Positions 1 to 10,599 of a DNA stretch of 64,000 bases are shown in pieces; within the stretch, counting starts at the first letter, position 1, and each line of letters begins with the position of its first letter. Under the pieces are notes generated by a model. It did no database searches, had not been told where the DNA came from, and was given only the letters and a program-made list of their open reading frames with translations. Origin of the DNA: Alphaproteobacteria bacterium (lineage in GTDB: Bacteria > Pseudomonadota > Alphaproteobacteria > SMXQ01). The stretch is taken from contig JAYPPT010000002.1 in NCBI GenBank assembly GCA_038131655.1, positions 242,762 to 306,761 of the forward strand, written 5' to 3'. The position numbers and the translations under genes were made by a program.

Positions 1-986
1 TGGCGATTTTGGCGATGGCCTTTAACGCGGGCACCACCAATATCCCGGAACTGATGAAGTTCACCTTTGCCGAGGGTATGCAGATGTGGCTGTGGCTGGC
101 CTTCTTCGCATCCTTCGCGGTCAAGGTGCCGATGTGGCCGCTGCACACCTGGTTGCCCGATGCCCACGTGGAAGCGCCGACGGCGGGCTCGGTCATTCTG
201 GCGGGCGTGCTGTTGAAAATGGGTGGCTACGGTTTCCTGCGATTTTCGCTGCCGATGATGCCGCTGGCGAGCGAGGCTTTCGCGCCGCTGGTCTTCGGCC
301 TTTCCATCGTCGCGGTGATCTATACCTCTCTGGTCGCGCTGGCGCAGGAGGACATGAAGAAGCTGATTGCCTATTCGTCCGTCGCGCACATGGGGTTTGT
401 CACCATCGGTATCTTCACCTTCAACGTTCAGGGCGTTGAAGGGGCGATCTTCCAGATGCTGAGCCACGGTGTCGTTTCCGGCGCGTTGTTCCTTTGCGTC
501 GGCGTGGTCTACGACCGCATGCATTCGCGCCTGATCGCCACCTACGGCGGGCTGGTCCACCGGATGCCGGCCTACGCAGCGGTGTTCATGGTCTTTACGC
601 TGGCCTCTGTCGGCTTGCCCGGCACATCGGGCTTCGTCGGCGAAATGCTGGTTCTGGTCGGGGCCTACCAGGCCTCCACCTGGGTAGCGGCGCTGGCCGC
701 GACCGGTGTCATTCTGGGCGCGGTTTATATGCTGTGGCTCTATCGCAGGGTGATCTTCGGCACCCTGGACAAGGCGGAGCTGAAGGCGATCCTCGATCTC
801 GACCGGCGCGAGATCGCGATCTTCGTGCCCCTGGTCCTGGTGGTGATCTGGATGGGGGTTTACCCATCGTCGTTCCTCGACCTCATTCATCTCTCGGCCC
901 AGAACGTAGTGGATAACTATCAGGCCGCGATCAAGGCGGCGGCCCACGGTCCTGCCGCGAGCGCGGCGCTTGGGGGCGTACAATGA
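1..986 (+). CDS. nuoM: NADH-quinone oxidoreductase subunit M (5' part outside window)
   Basis: Motifs [42 protein letters not shown]; directly upstream of nuoN. Confidence 0.97.
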   Translation, partial: AILAMAFNAGTTNIPELMKFTFAEGMQMWLWLAFFASFAVKVPMWPLHTWLPDAHVEAPTAGSVILAGVLLKMGGYGFLRFSLPMMPLASEAFAPLVFGLSIVAVIYTSLVALAQEDMKKLIAYSSVAHMGFVTIGIFTFNVQGVEGAIFQMLSHGVVSGALFLCVGVVYDRMHSRLIATYGGLVHRMPAYAAVFMVFTLASVGLPGTSGFVGEMLVLVGAYQASTWVAALAATGVILGAVYMLWLYRRVIFGTLDKAELKAILDLDRREIAIFVPLVLVVIWMGVYPSSFLDLIHLSAQNVVDNYQAAIKAAAHGPAASAALGGVQ

Positions 987-2434
987 CCGCTTTTTCGATG
1001 ACCGCGATTTCGGCCGCGCTACCCGAGATTTTCATGGCCCTGTCCGCCATGGCGCTGTTGATGATCGGCGTGTTTCGCGGCAACACCCAGACCCGGACCA
1101 TCGGCTGGTTCTCCGTTGTCGTCATGGCGGTGGCGGCGGGGCTGGTGTGCGGCACATCCGCGTCGCCGGGCACCGCCTTCGGCGGGCTCTTCGTGGCAGA
1201 CGACTTTGCCCGTTTTGCGAAGATTCTGGTGCTTCTGGGCGCGGTGCTGGCCGCGATCCTGTCTTTTGCTTATATCGAACGCGAGGAAATGGCCCAGTTC
1301 GAATACCCGGTGCTGTTCCTGTTCGCCACCATCGGCATGATGATGATGATTTCGGCGAACGACCTGATCGCGCTTTACGTCGGCCTGGAGTTACAGTCGC
1401 TGGCGCTTTACGTCGCCGCCGCCTTCCGCCGCGATTCCCTGCGCTCATCCGAAGCGGGGCTGAAGTATTTCGTGCTCGGCGCGCTGTCGTCGGGGATGCT
1501 GCTTTATGGTGCGTCGCTTGTTTACGGCTTTGCCGGGACCACCGGCTTTGCGGGGATTGCCAAGGTGCTCACCGCCGCCAATGGCGCCAACGTCGGCGCG
1601 CTGGTGGGGCTTGTGTTCATCATGGCGGGGTTGGCTTTCAAGATTTCAGCGGTGCCGTTCCACATGTGGACGCCCGATGTTTACGAAGGTGCGCCGACTT
1701 CGGTGACGGCTTTCTTTGCCATTGCGCCGAAAATCGCGGCCATGGCCCTGTTCGTGCGCGTGCTGGCGGGGCCGTTTGCCCCGATTGCGGTGCAATGGCA
1801 CCAGGTGATCGTGGTGTTGGCGATCGGCTCCATGGCCGTCGGTGCCTTCGCCGCGATCAACCAGACCAATATCAAGCGCCTGATGGCGTATTCGTCCATC
1901 GGCAATGTCGGCTACATGCTGGTCGGCCTGGCGGCGGGCACCGAAGCGGGCGTGCTCGGCGTGCTGATTTACCTGGCGATCTACCTCGCCATGACGGCGG
2001 GGACCTTCGCCTGCATCCTGTCCATGCGCGTTCACGGCAGCGCGGTCGAAAGCCTTGACGATCTGAAGGGCCTTGGGCGCACACGACCTGGCCTTGCGGT
2101 GGCGCTGGCGGTGTTCATGTTCTCGATGGCCGGCATTCCGCCGCTCGCCGGATTTTTCGGCAAGCTCTACGTCTTCCTGGCGGCGGTGCAGGCCGGGCTC
2201 TACGTGCTGGCGGTCATCGGCGTGCTGGCCTCGGTCGTGGCGTCGTTCTATTACCTGCGGATCGTCAAGATCATGTATTTCGACGAACCTGCGGACGCCT
2301 TCGACCGCTCGCCCGGCCGTGAAGTCGGTGTCGTGCTGGCGGCGACCGGCCTGTTTACCGCTTTCTTCTTCATCGTTCCGGCGCCGCTGGTGGATGCCGC
2401 CACGGTCGCCGCGAAAACCTTCTTCGCCGGATAA
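983..2434 (+). CDS. nuoN: NADH-quinone oxidoreductase subunit N
   Basis: [45 protein letters not shown]; ATGA overlap with nuoM. Confidence 0.97.
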   Translation: MTAFSMTAISAALPEIFMALSAMALLMIGVFRGNTQTRTIGWFSVVVMAVAAGLVCGTSASPGTAFGGLFVADDFARFAKILVLLGAVLAAILSFAYIEREEMAQFEYPVLFLFATIGMMMMISANDLIALYVGLELQSLALYVAAAFRRDSLRSSEAGLKYFVLGALSSGMLLYGASLVYGFAGTTGFAGIAKVLTAANGANVGALVGLVFIMAGLAFKISAVPFHMWTPDVYEGAPTSVTAFFAIAPKIAAMALFVRVLAGPFAPIAVQWHQVIVVLAIGSMAVGAFAAINQTNIKRLMAYSSIGNVGYMLVGLAAGTEAGVLGVLIYLAIYLAMTAGTFACILSMRVHGSAVESLDDLKGLGRTRPGLAVALAVFMFSMAGIPPLAGFFGKLYVFLAAVQAGLYVLAVIGVLASVVASFYYLRIVKIMYFDEPADAFDRSPGREVGVVLAATGLFTAFFFIVPAPLVDAATVAAKTFFAG

Positions 2435-3168
2435 TGACGCCGGGCCTTCCCGGTTTTTACCACCTGACCGCTCTCGGTGTTGCGGCCAGCACCAATGACG
2501 TTGCGCTGGCGCGGGCCGCGGAAGGTGCTGCGGAAGGCACGCTGATTACCGCCGTTCAGCAGACCGCCGGGCGCGGGCGTCGCGGGCGGAGCTGGATCAG
2601 CCCCGCGGGAAACCTCTATCTCTCCGTGATCCTGTCGCCCGGTGCGGATGCGGCGGGGGCGGTCGGTTTCGCGGCCTCGCTGGCGGCGGCGGCGGCGGTT
2701 GCGCAATACGCGCCGGAGCGGGATGTTGCGGTGAAATGGCCCAACGACGTCTTGCTCGACGGTGCCAAGGTCGCGGGGCTTTTGATTGAAGCTGTGCCGG
2801 GCCGGGCAGGGATGGTGGTGCTCGGTGTCGGCATCAACGTCGCCCACCACCCGTCGGATACGCCGTACCCGGCAACATCGATGGTGGATGCAGGCGCCAT
2901 GCCGGGCGTTGACGAACTGCGCGATACCTTCTGTGCCCGCTTCCTGGATCTTTATCAGGGCCTGCGGCGTGATGGTTTTGCGCCGCTGCGGGCGGCCTGG
3001 CTGGCGCGGGCCAGCGGCGTCGGCGGCCCGATTACGGTCAACCTGGAAGGCGCGCGTTATGATGGCACCTTCGCCGGGCTGGACGAATCGGGCGCCTTGA
3101 TGCTTGACCAGGGCGCGAGCGGAATGAGAAAGATCACCGCCGGCGACGTTTTCTTCGCCGGGGCCTGA
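2434..3168 (+). CDS. birA: Biotin--[acetyl-CoA carboxylase] ligase (no N-terminal HTH)
   Basis: STND, QTAGRGRRGRSW, KWPNDVL, KVAGLL motifs; usual position after nuoN. Confidence 0.95.
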   Translation: MTPGLPGFYHLTALGVAASTNDVALARAAEGAAEGTLITAVQQTAGRGRRGRSWISPAGNLYLSVILSPGADAAGAVGFAASLAAAAAVAQYAPERDVAVKWPNDVLLDGAKVAGLLIEAVPGRAGMVVLGVGINVAHHPSDTPYPATSMVDAGAMPGVDELRDTFCARFLDLYQGLRRDGFAPLRAAWLARASGVGGPITVNLEGARYDGTFAGLDESGALMLDQGASGMRKITAGDVFFAGA

Positions 3169-3177
3169 GGGGAACCC

Positions 3178-3969
3178 ATGCTGCTTGCCATAGACTGCGG
3201 CAACACCACGACGAAGTTCGGTCTCTACGAAGGGATCGCGCCGGACGGACGTTTCGTTCATGTGTACCGGCTCGATACCGATGCGCGGCTCGGTCCCGAC
3301 GAATATCGAGCCCGCCTGGACAGTGAACTGGCCCATGCCGGACTGGATGCGTCGGCTATTGCAGGCGTGGCGATTGCCACCGTCGTGCCCGCCACCCGTG
3401 ACCGCCTGATCGTATTTGCCGAGGCCCTGACCGGCAAGGACCCGGTGGTCGTCGGCGCGAGCGGGGTTGAGCAGGGCCTCCGCGTGCTACTGCCGAACCC
3501 GCGTGAGGTCGGCGCCGACCGGTTGGTTGCCGCGCTGGCGGCCCATGCGCGGTGGCCGGGAACCAAGATCGTGCTCGATTTCGGCACGGCCACGACCTTC
3601 GATGTGGTGACGGCCGATGGCGATTATGCGGGCGGTGTTATCGCGCCCGGTGTGAATCTTGCCCTTGATGCCCTGCATGCGGGCACGGCGCAGTTGCCGC
3701 GCATAAAGGTGGCGCGGCCCGCCACGGTTATCGGCACGGGTACCGTCGGCGCGATGGAATCGGGAATTTACTGGGGCTACGTTGGCCTGGTCGAGGGAAT
3801 CGTCGAACGTATCCGCGCCGAATATGGGGGTGCGGACCGGGTGACGGTCATCGCTACCGGCGGCCTTGCGCCTCTTTTCGCCGAGGGCACCGATGTGATC
3901 ACGGCGACGGATACCAACCTGACGCTGACCGGCATCGTCATCGTCTACCAGCTCAACCGTCCCGCATGA
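3178..3969 (+). CDS. coaX: Type III pantothenate kinase
   Basis: LAIDCGNT, GADR, DFGTATT, GGVIAPG, IATGG motifs. Confidence 0.95.
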   Translation: MLLAIDCGNTTTKFGLYEGIAPDGRFVHVYRLDTDARLGPDEYRARLDSELAHAGLDASAIAGVAIATVVPATRDRLIVFAEALTGKDPVVVGASGVEQGLRVLLPNPREVGADRLVAALAAHARWPGTKIVLDFGTATTFDVVTADGDYAGGVIAPGVNLALDALHAGTAQLPRIKVARPATVIGTGTVGAMESGIYWGYVGLVEGIVERIRAEYGGADRVTVIATGGLAPLFAEGTDVITATDTNLTLTGIVIVYQLNRPA

Positions 3970-5666
3970 ACGCGCCAGCCCCCGTCATCAGTCCCGAAGC
4001 CGTTGTGGAAGCCGCCCGCGAAGGGCTGGTCTACCTGCCGCTCGGCGGTGCCGGCGAAATCGGGATGAATTTCTACCTTTACGGCTGTATGGGCAAATGG
4101 ATCGCCGTCGAATGCGGTGTCACCTTTGGCAATGAGACGACGCCGGGCATCGACGTCATGACCGCCGATCCGGCTTTCCTGGAAAGTGTCAGCAAGGATC
4201 TTCTGGCGATTGTCCTGACACACGCCCACGAAGACCATCAGGGTGCGGTTGCGCATTTGTGGCCGCGCCTCAGGTGCCCGGTCTATGCCACCGGCTTCAC
4301 CGCCGGGCTGGTGCGCACCAAGCTGGGCGAGGCGGGGCTGGAAGGCGAGGTCGAGCTGCACGAAGTGCCGCTGGAGGCGGAGATCACCCTCGGCCCCTTC
4401 ATCATTCGCTATGTGACGGTTACCCATTCGGTCCCGGAGCCCAATGCGCTCGCCATCACGACGAAATTCGGCACCGTGGTTCACACCGGCGACTGGAAAA
4501 TCGATCCGGATCCGTTGCTCGGCCGCACAATAGACGAAGCGCGCTTTCGTGCTCTGGGGGACGCGGGCGTGCTGGCGATGGTTTGCGATTCGACCAACGT
4601 GTTCAACGAGGGCGTATCGGGCTCCGAGGCGACGGTGCGCGAAGGGTTGACCGAGGTGATCGGGCGCTTCAAGGGCCGCGTCGCGGTCGCCTGTTTCGCC
4701 TCCAACATCGCGCGCGTGCAATCCATCAGTGAGGCCGCCGCCGCCAATGGCCGCCACGTCGCGCTGGTCGGGCGTTCGCTCTGGCGGCTGACGGAAATCG
4801 CGCGGGCCTGCGGCTATCTCAAGGGCGTGCCGGATTTTCTCACCGAATACGACTGTGCTTATCTGCCGCGCGAACGGGCGCTTTATATCTGCACCGGCTC
4901 ACAGGGGGAACGCGGCTCCGCGCTGGCGCGGATCGCAGCGGGCGATCATCCTCATGTGGTTCTCGAAAAGGGCGATGCGGTGCTGTTCTCGTCGCGCGAT
5001 ATCCCCGGCAACGAGCGCACCATTTCCGCCATGCAGGACCGCCTGGCGCGGACCGGCTGTGTCATCGTCACCGGGCGTAGCGCACCCATTCATGTATCAG
5101 GGCATCCTGCCCGCGACGAACTGGCGGCGCTTTATTCCTGGGTGCGGCCGAAGAATTCCGTGCCGATGCACGGCGAGGCGCGCCACCTGATCGAGCATGC
5201 GGCCTATGCCCGTTCCCTCGGCGTGCCCGCCGCCCATGTCGTGTCCAACGGCAACGCCCTGCGCCTGGCGCCGGGGGCGCCGGAAATCGTCGGTACCGTG
5301 CCGGTCGGGCGTTTGGGGCTGGACGGGAACCGGCTGGTGCCGGTGGACGACATCTTGCTTGGCCACCGGCGGCGTTCGGCCTATTCCGGCAATGCCTTCG
5401 TCACGGTGGTTCTCGACCGTAAGGGGCGGCTGGCGGCGGATCCGTCGGTCAGCCTGAAGGGGGTGACGTCGAACCCGAAAGAAGAACGCGAAGCGGTGGC
5501 CGCCGTTCTTGACGAGATCGAACGTACCCTCGCGCGGCCCGCTGGCAAGAAGGGGCGCCGCGCGGATCTGGCCCCGGATGAAGAGATCCGCCGCGCCGTG
5601 CGCCGGGCGGTCAATCGTGCCACCGGCAAGAAGCCGGTGACGGAAGTCCACGTCATCGGACTATAA
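3966..5666 (+). CDS. rnj: Ribonuclease J
   Basis: PLGGAGEIGMN, THAHEDH, HTGDWK, TGSQGE, HVSGH, PMHGE beta-CASP metallo-beta-lactamase motifs. Confidence 0.95.
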   Translation: MNAPAPVISPEAVVEAAREGLVYLPLGGAGEIGMNFYLYGCMGKWIAVECGVTFGNETTPGIDVMTADPAFLESVSKDLLAIVLTHAHEDHQGAVAHLWPRLRCPVYATGFTAGLVRTKLGEAGLEGEVELHEVPLEAEITLGPFIIRYVTVTHSVPEPNALAITTKFGTVVHTGDWKIDPDPLLGRTIDEARFRALGDAGVLAMVCDSTNVFNEGVSGSEATVREGLTEVIGRFKGRVAVACFASNIARVQSISEAAAANGRHVALVGRSLWRLTEIARACGYLKGVPDFLTEYDCAYLPRERALYICTGSQGERGSALARIAAGDHPHVVLEKGDAVLFSSRDIPGNERTISAMQDRLARTGCVIVTGRSAPIHVSGHPARDELAALYSWVRPKNSVPMHGEARHLIEHAAYARSLGVPAAHVVSNGNALRLAPGAPEIVGTVPVGRLGLDGNRLVPVDDILLGHRRRSAYSGNAFVTVVLDRKGRLAADPSVSLKGVTSNPKEEREAVAAVLDEIERTLARPAGKKGRRADLAPDEEIRRAVRRAVNRATGKKPVTEVHVIGL

Positions 5667-5697
5667 TGCTCATCCCAGTAGCGAAAGGCGGCATGCG

Positions 5698-5931
5698 ATG
5701 AACTGGTTCACAGGCATCATGGTTTACGTTATCGCGTGGTGGATGGTGTTGTTCACGGTCCTGCCCTGGGGCAATCGCGCACCGGACAATCCGGAGCCGG
5801 GTCACGAAACCGGGGCGCCGGAAAAACCGCGCCTGTGGCTGAAAATGGCCGTGACCACCTTGATCGCCACGCTCATCTGGGGGGCGATCTACTGGGTGAT
5901 CAAGGCCGATATCATTACATTCCGCAACTAG
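5698..5931 (+). CDS. DUF1467 family small membrane protein
   Basis: WW..LF.VLPWG...GAP pattern, two TM helices, conserved alphaproteobacterial position between rnj and proS. Confidence 0.85.
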   Translation: MNWFTGIMVYVIAWWMVLFTVLPWGNRAPDNPEPGHETGAPEKPRLWLKMAVTTLIATLIWGAIYWVIKADIITFRN

Positions 5932-5955
5932 CCTCACCCGGAACGGACGGGAACC

Positions 5956-6366
5956 ATGACCGACAGCACCCCCTTCAGTGTCGACGACATAGATCACCTG
6001 GTCCTTCGCAGTGGCGACGTTCCGCGTCTTGTGGCTTTCTACCGGGCGGCGCTCGGGCTTAAAACCGAACGCCAGACGGCCAATGGGCTTACCCAGCTTC
6101 GGGCAGGTTTGGCGCTGGTGGACATCATTCCAGTGACGGATCGCGATCAGCCGGGCCGCAATCTCGAGCATTTCTGCTTTCGCGTGACGCCCTTCGATCT
6201 TGAGGCCATTCGCGCGCATCTGGAAAGTGCGGGCGCAACCATCGTCAAATCCGGCACCGCTTACGGGGCCGAGGGACGGGGGCCGAACATTTATTTCCTG
6301 GACCCCGACGGTAACGAGGTCGAACTCAAGGGCCCGTCCGACGGCAAGCTGTTCGAGGCCGTCTAG
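5956..6366 (+). CDS. VOC (glyoxalase/bleomycin resistance) family protein
   Basis: IDHLVLR, EHFCF, YFLDPDGNEVELK motifs. Confidence 0.85.
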   Translation: MTDSTPFSVDDIDHLVLRSGDVPRLVAFYRAALGLKTERQTANGLTQLRAGLALVDIIPVTDRDQPGRNLEHFCFRVTPFDLEAIRAHLESAGATIVKSGTAYGAEGRGPNIYFLDPDGNEVELKGPSDGKLFEAV

Positions 6367-6374
6367 GCCTTGCC

Positions 6375-6926
6375 GTGAGCTATTGCGACATCTCCCGTGG
6401 CCACCCGGTTCACGGCCCCCATCATGACCTGGAATACGGGCGCCCCGTCACGGCGGACGACGTGCTTTTCGAACGCATCGCGATGGAGATCATGCAGGCG
6501 GGCCTGTCGTGGCTTCTGGTGCTGAACAAGCGGGCGGGACTGAATGCCGCGTTCGCCGGATTTGACCCTGACACCGTGGCGGCTTACGGCGAGGATGATG
6601 TGGCCCGCCTTCTGAACGATGCCGCCATTATCCGCAACCGCCGAAAGATCGAGGCGATCATTGAAAATGCCCGCCGCATTGATGCGCTGCGTGGTGAATA
6701 CGGCTCGATCAAGGGATTTCTTGATGCCCATCATCCGCTGCGCCCGGGGCAATGGGTGAAGGTGATGAAAAAGACATTCGTCTTCATGGGGCCCGAGGTG
6801 GTCAACGAGTTCATGATGTCCACGGGCTATCTGCCTGGCGCGCACGACCGCGACTGCCCGCTCTTCGATGAGATCGCGCGGCTCAAGCCGGCCTGGATGG
6901 AACAAGCTCCTCCCGGCGGATGGTAG
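6375..6926 (+). CDS. tag: DNA-3-methyladenine glycosylase I
   Basis: HDLEYG, EIMQAGLSW, IIRNRRKIEA, F.FMGP, H..DC motifs. Confidence 0.9.
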   Translation: MSYCDISRGHPVHGPHHDLEYGRPVTADDVLFERIAMEIMQAGLSWLLVLNKRAGLNAAFAGFDPDTVAAYGEDDVARLLNDAAIIRNRRKIEAIIENARRIDALRGEYGSIKGFLDAHHPLRPGQWVKVMKKTFVFMGPEVVNEFMMSTGYLPGAHDRDCPLFDEIARLKPAWMEQAPPGGW

Positions 6927-6944
6927 GGCGTTAGCCCGCTTCTT

Positions 6945-7143
6945 CTAGTCCGACTGGGCGCAGAGACCCTGCAGGTAGTTGTAGATCAGGGCGATGACTG
7001 CGCCGCAGACGAACCCGCAGACCAGACCCCAGATCCCACCGATAACCGTGCCGGTGAAAGTCGGCGCATAGCCGGGATAAATGCTTGAAAGTGTTTTTAC
7101 CAGCCCCAGGCCGAAGCCGCCCAGTCGCGCCTGTGCATGCAGG
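6945..7143 (-). pseudogene. Truncated small membrane protein resembling the family often annotated 'bacteriophage holin'
   Basis: Minus-strand frame reads LGLVKTLSSIYPGYAPTFTGTVIGGIWGLVCGFVCGAVIALIYNYL; no nearby in-frame ATG/GTG and first TM helix apparently missing. Family call is from recalled motif only. Confidence 0.5.
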
Positions 7144-7179
7144 CGCCGGGTAGTGCGCCAACGCCCTAGGGCTGACACA

Positions 7180-7208
7180 TTGCAGTTTGACGGGCGATTC
7201 CCTAAAGT
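7180..7208 (+). promoter_or_regulatory. Putative sigma70 promoter of proS
   Basis: TTGCAG-N17-TAAAGT, 42 nt before the proS ATG. Confidence 0.45.
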
Positions 7209-7250
7209 CGGGTCCGCCGCCAACCCGAGCATAAGGTCCCGAACCCGCCC

Positions 7251-8594
7251 ATGCGTCTTTCGCAATTTTACCTGCCTACCCTCAAGGAAACTCCCAAGGA
7301 AGCGGAGATCGCTTCGCACCGGCTGATGCTGCGCGCGGGCATGATCCGCCAGTCCTCCGCTGGTATCTATACATGGCTGCCGCTCGGCCATCGCGTGCTG
7401 CGGCGGATCGAGCAGATCGTCCGTGAAGAACAGGATCGCGCCGGGGCGCAGGAAATGCTCATGCCGACGATCCAGCCCGCCGATGTGTGGCGCAAGTCCG
7501 GGCGCTACGACGACTACGGCCCTGAAATGCTGCGCATCATAGATCGTCACGAGCGCGAGCTGCTCTACGGGCCGACCAACGAGGAACTTCTGACCGAGGT
7601 CTTCGCCGCCACCGTGCGGTCGTATCGCGACCTGCCAAAGATGCTCTATCACATCCAGTGGAAGTTCCGCGACGAGGTGCGTCCCCGTTTCGGCGTCATG
7701 CGCGGGCGCGAATTCCTGATGAAGGATTGCTATTCCTTCGACCTAGATTACGAAGGGGCGGTACGTTCCTACAACAAGATGTTCGTGTCCTACCTGCGCG
7801 CCTTCGCCCGGATGGGCCTGAAGGCGATCCCGATGGAAGCGGCGACGGGACCCATCGGCGGCGATCTCAGTCATGAATTCATCGTGCTGGCCCCGACGGG
7901 GGAGAGCGAGGTTTTCTGCGACAGCGAATTCTTGAGCTTCGATGCGCTGGCGCAGGAACCGGACTACGACGACGATGCGGCCATCAGCGCAATCCGCGAC
8001 CGTTTCACCAGCCTTTATGCGCGCACCGATGAAAAGCACGTCGGGGAAGAGTTCGAGCAGCAGGTTCCCGAAGCCCGGCGCTACCAAGGCCGGGGCATCG
8101 AGGTCGGGCAGGTGTTCTACTTCGGCACCAAGTATTCCAAGCCCATGGGGGCCGAGGTTGTCGGCCCCGACGGCAAGTCCATCGCCGTCGAGATGGGGTC
8201 TTACGGCATCGGCGTCTCTCGCCTCGTCGGCGCCATTATCGAGGCCAGTCACGATGATGGCGGCATCATCTGGCCCGATGCGGTGGCGCCTTTTGATGTG
8301 GCGCTGATCAACCTCAGGGCCGGGGACGACGCCTGCGACGATGCTTGCGTGCGCGCCTACGGCAAGCTGCGCGCCGCCGGTCTCGACGTGCTTTACGACG
8401 ACCGCGATGATCGGCCCGGTGTGAAATTCGCCGACGCCGACCTTATAGGTCTGCCCTGGCGGCTGATCATCGGCCCGCGCGGTCTCAAGGAAGACAAGGT
8501 CGAACTGAAGCGCCGCGACGGCACCGTCGCCGTCGAGGTTTCCCTCGAAGCCGCCATCGATCGTCTGATCACGGCCGCGGGCGGCCCCGACTGA
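7251..8594 (+). CDS. proS: Proline--tRNA ligase (short form without editing domain)
   Basis: [47 protein letters not shown]. Confidence 0.97.
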   Translation: MRLSQFYLPTLKETPKEAEIASHRLMLRAGMIRQSSAGIYTWLPLGHRVLRRIEQIVREEQDRAGAQEMLMPTIQPADVWRKSGRYDDYGPEMLRIIDRHERELLYGPTNEELLTEVFAATVRSYRDLPKMLYHIQWKFRDEVRPRFGVMRGREFLMKDCYSFDLDYEGAVRSYNKMFVSYLRAFARMGLKAIPMEAATGPIGGDLSHEFIVLAPTGESEVFCDSEFLSFDALAQEPDYDDDAAISAIRDRFTSLYARTDEKHVGEEFEQQVPEARRYQGRGIEVGQVFYFGTKYSKPMGAEVVGPDGKSIAVEMGSYGIGVSRLVGAIIEASHDDGGIIWPDAVAPFDVALINLRAGDDACDDACVRAYGKLRAAGLDVLYDDRDDRPGVKFADADLIGLPWRLIIGPRGLKEDKVELKRRDGTVAVEVSLEAAIDRLITAAGGPD

Positions 8595-9840
8595 TGGCCT
8601 TCGGCCCCTTCGAGCGGCTTGTCGCGCTGCGCTACTTGCGCGCCCGGCGCAAGGAAGGGTTCATTTCCGTCATTGCCGGGTTTTCGCTGGCGGGCATATC
8701 GCTGGGCGTAGCGACGCTGATCATCGTCATGGCGGTGATGAATGGCTTTCGCGCCGAACTGCTGAGCCGCATTCTCGGTGTCGGCGGGCATTTCACGGTT
8801 TATGGGCAGGGGCGGCCATTGGCCGATTACGATGCCGTGGCCACCCGCATCAAGGCCCTGTCGGGCGTCACCGACGCGGCGGCGCTGATAACCGGCCAGG
8901 CAATGCTGACCGTTGGCAGGCGGGCAGGCGGGGTCGCGGTACAGGGCATGGCGCCGGGCGATCTGGCGCGGCGCAAGCTGATCGCGGACAACATCCGTTC
9001 CGGGGCACTGGCGGATTTCGGCGCATCGGATACGGTTTTGATCGGCACCCGGTTGGCGACACGCTTCGGCCTGCGTGTCGGCGATTCCCTGACCCTGGTC
9101 GCGCCCAGCGGCAATGTCACTGCCTTCGGCACCTTGCCCAGAACCAAGGCTTACCGCATCGTCGGCCTGTTCGAGGTCGGCATGTACGAATACGACAACA
9201 ACTTCGTCTACATGCCGCTGAAATCGGCGCAGGTGTTTTTCCGCCAGCCCGGCAGCGCCACCATGATCGAGGTGATGCTGGCCGATCCCGATAAATTGGC
9301 CGCCGCCAAGCAGGCCATCGGCACGGCGCTTGGCCCGCAGTATCGCCTGCGTGACTGGCAGGATGCCAATTCCAGTTTCTTCACTGCGATCCAGGTCGAA
9401 CGCAACGTCATGTTCCTGATCCTGACCCTGATTATCGTTGTCGCAGCGTTTAACGTGATCTCCGGCATGATCATGCTGGTCAAGGACAAGGGGCGCGATA
9501 TCGCCATACTGCGCACCATGGGCGCGACCCGTGGCGCGGTGATGCGGATCTTCCTGCTGGCGGGGGCGTCGGTTGGGGTGGTGGGCACGATTGTCGGCTT
9601 CGGCCTCGGGCTTGCCTTCGCGGCGAACATCGAAACCATTCGCGGCTGGATATCAAAGCTCACCGGCACCGACGTGTTCTCCGCCGAGATTTATTTCCTG
9701 TCGCAGCTACCGGCCAAGATCGACGCGGGCGAGGTGGCGACGGTGGTGCTGATGTCGCTGGCGCTGTCGTTCCTGGCGACGCTTTACCCGTCGTGGCGGG
9801 CGGCGCGTCTCGATCCGGTGGAGGCGCTGCGCTATGGTGA
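8594..9840 (+). CDS. lolC: Lipoprotein-releasing ABC transporter permease LolC/E (reads through into lolD in this sequence)
   Basis: [40 protein letters not shown]; expected TGA at 9838-9840 is out of frame by one base. Confidence 0.9.
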
Positions 9841-10513
9841 CGCGGCGCTGGAGCTTGCCGGGGTCACCCGCGCCTTCGAGGACGCGGGCGGGCGGCTGGA
9901 AGTGCTCAAGGGCGTGGACCTGCGCGTTTCCGGCGGCGAAATCATCGCCCTGGTGGGGCCGTCGGGTTCGGGCAAGTCGACGCTGCTGCACATCGCCGGT
10001 TTGCTGGAGCGCGCCGACGGCGGCACCATCCATCTCGCGGGTCATGATGCCAGCACGGCGAACGATGCCGAGCGCACGCGGCTCCGGCGCGAGCATCTCG
10101 GCTTTGTTTACCAGTTTCATCACCTGCTGCCGGAATTCAGCGCGCTGGAAAACATCGTGCTGCCGATGATGATGGCGGGCACGCCACGGGCCGAGGCCGA
10201 GGAACGGGCGGGCGAACTGCTCGACCGCGTCGGCCTGTCGGCCCGCGCGCGTCATCGCCCGGCCCAACTGTCGGGCGGCGAACAGCAGCGCGTCGCTATT
10301 GCCCGGGCGCTGGCCAATGCACCGGCGCTTCTTTTGGCCGACGAGCCCACCGGTAACCTCGACCCCGGCACGGCGGAGCAGGTGTTCCGCGTGCTGCTCG
10401 AGGTGGTCAAGGGCACCGGTAGGGCGGCGCTCATCGCCACCCACAACCCGGATTTAGCGGCGCGCATGGACCGCACCGTGACCCTTTCGGACGGACGCCT
10501 GGTCCCCGCCTGA
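9834..10513 (+). CDS. lolD: Lipoprotein-releasing ABC transporter ATP-binding protein
   Basis: Walker [10 protein letters not shown], LolD motif [27 protein letters not shown]. Confidence 0.92.
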
Positions 10514-10520
10514 TCCCGGC

Positions 10521-10592
10521 TTATCCACAATATCCTGTGGAAAAGTCGCCCATGCCTGGCAGATATTGCCCCTTGGCCCCATCCGTGGATAA
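10521..10592. promoter_or_regulatory. Three DnaA boxes upstream of dnaE
   Basis: TTATCCACA (10521-10529), TGTGGAAAA (10536-10544, reverse TTTTCCACA), CGTGGATAA (10584-10592, 8/9 reverse match). Confidence 0.75.
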
Positions 10593-10599
10593 TGGGCCA

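Noticed and set aside
10514-10599. Possible replication origin because of the DnaA boxes
   Set aside because: Only 86 bp, no AT-rich unwinding element, and the neighbours are not typical oriC genes; better explained as a promoter.
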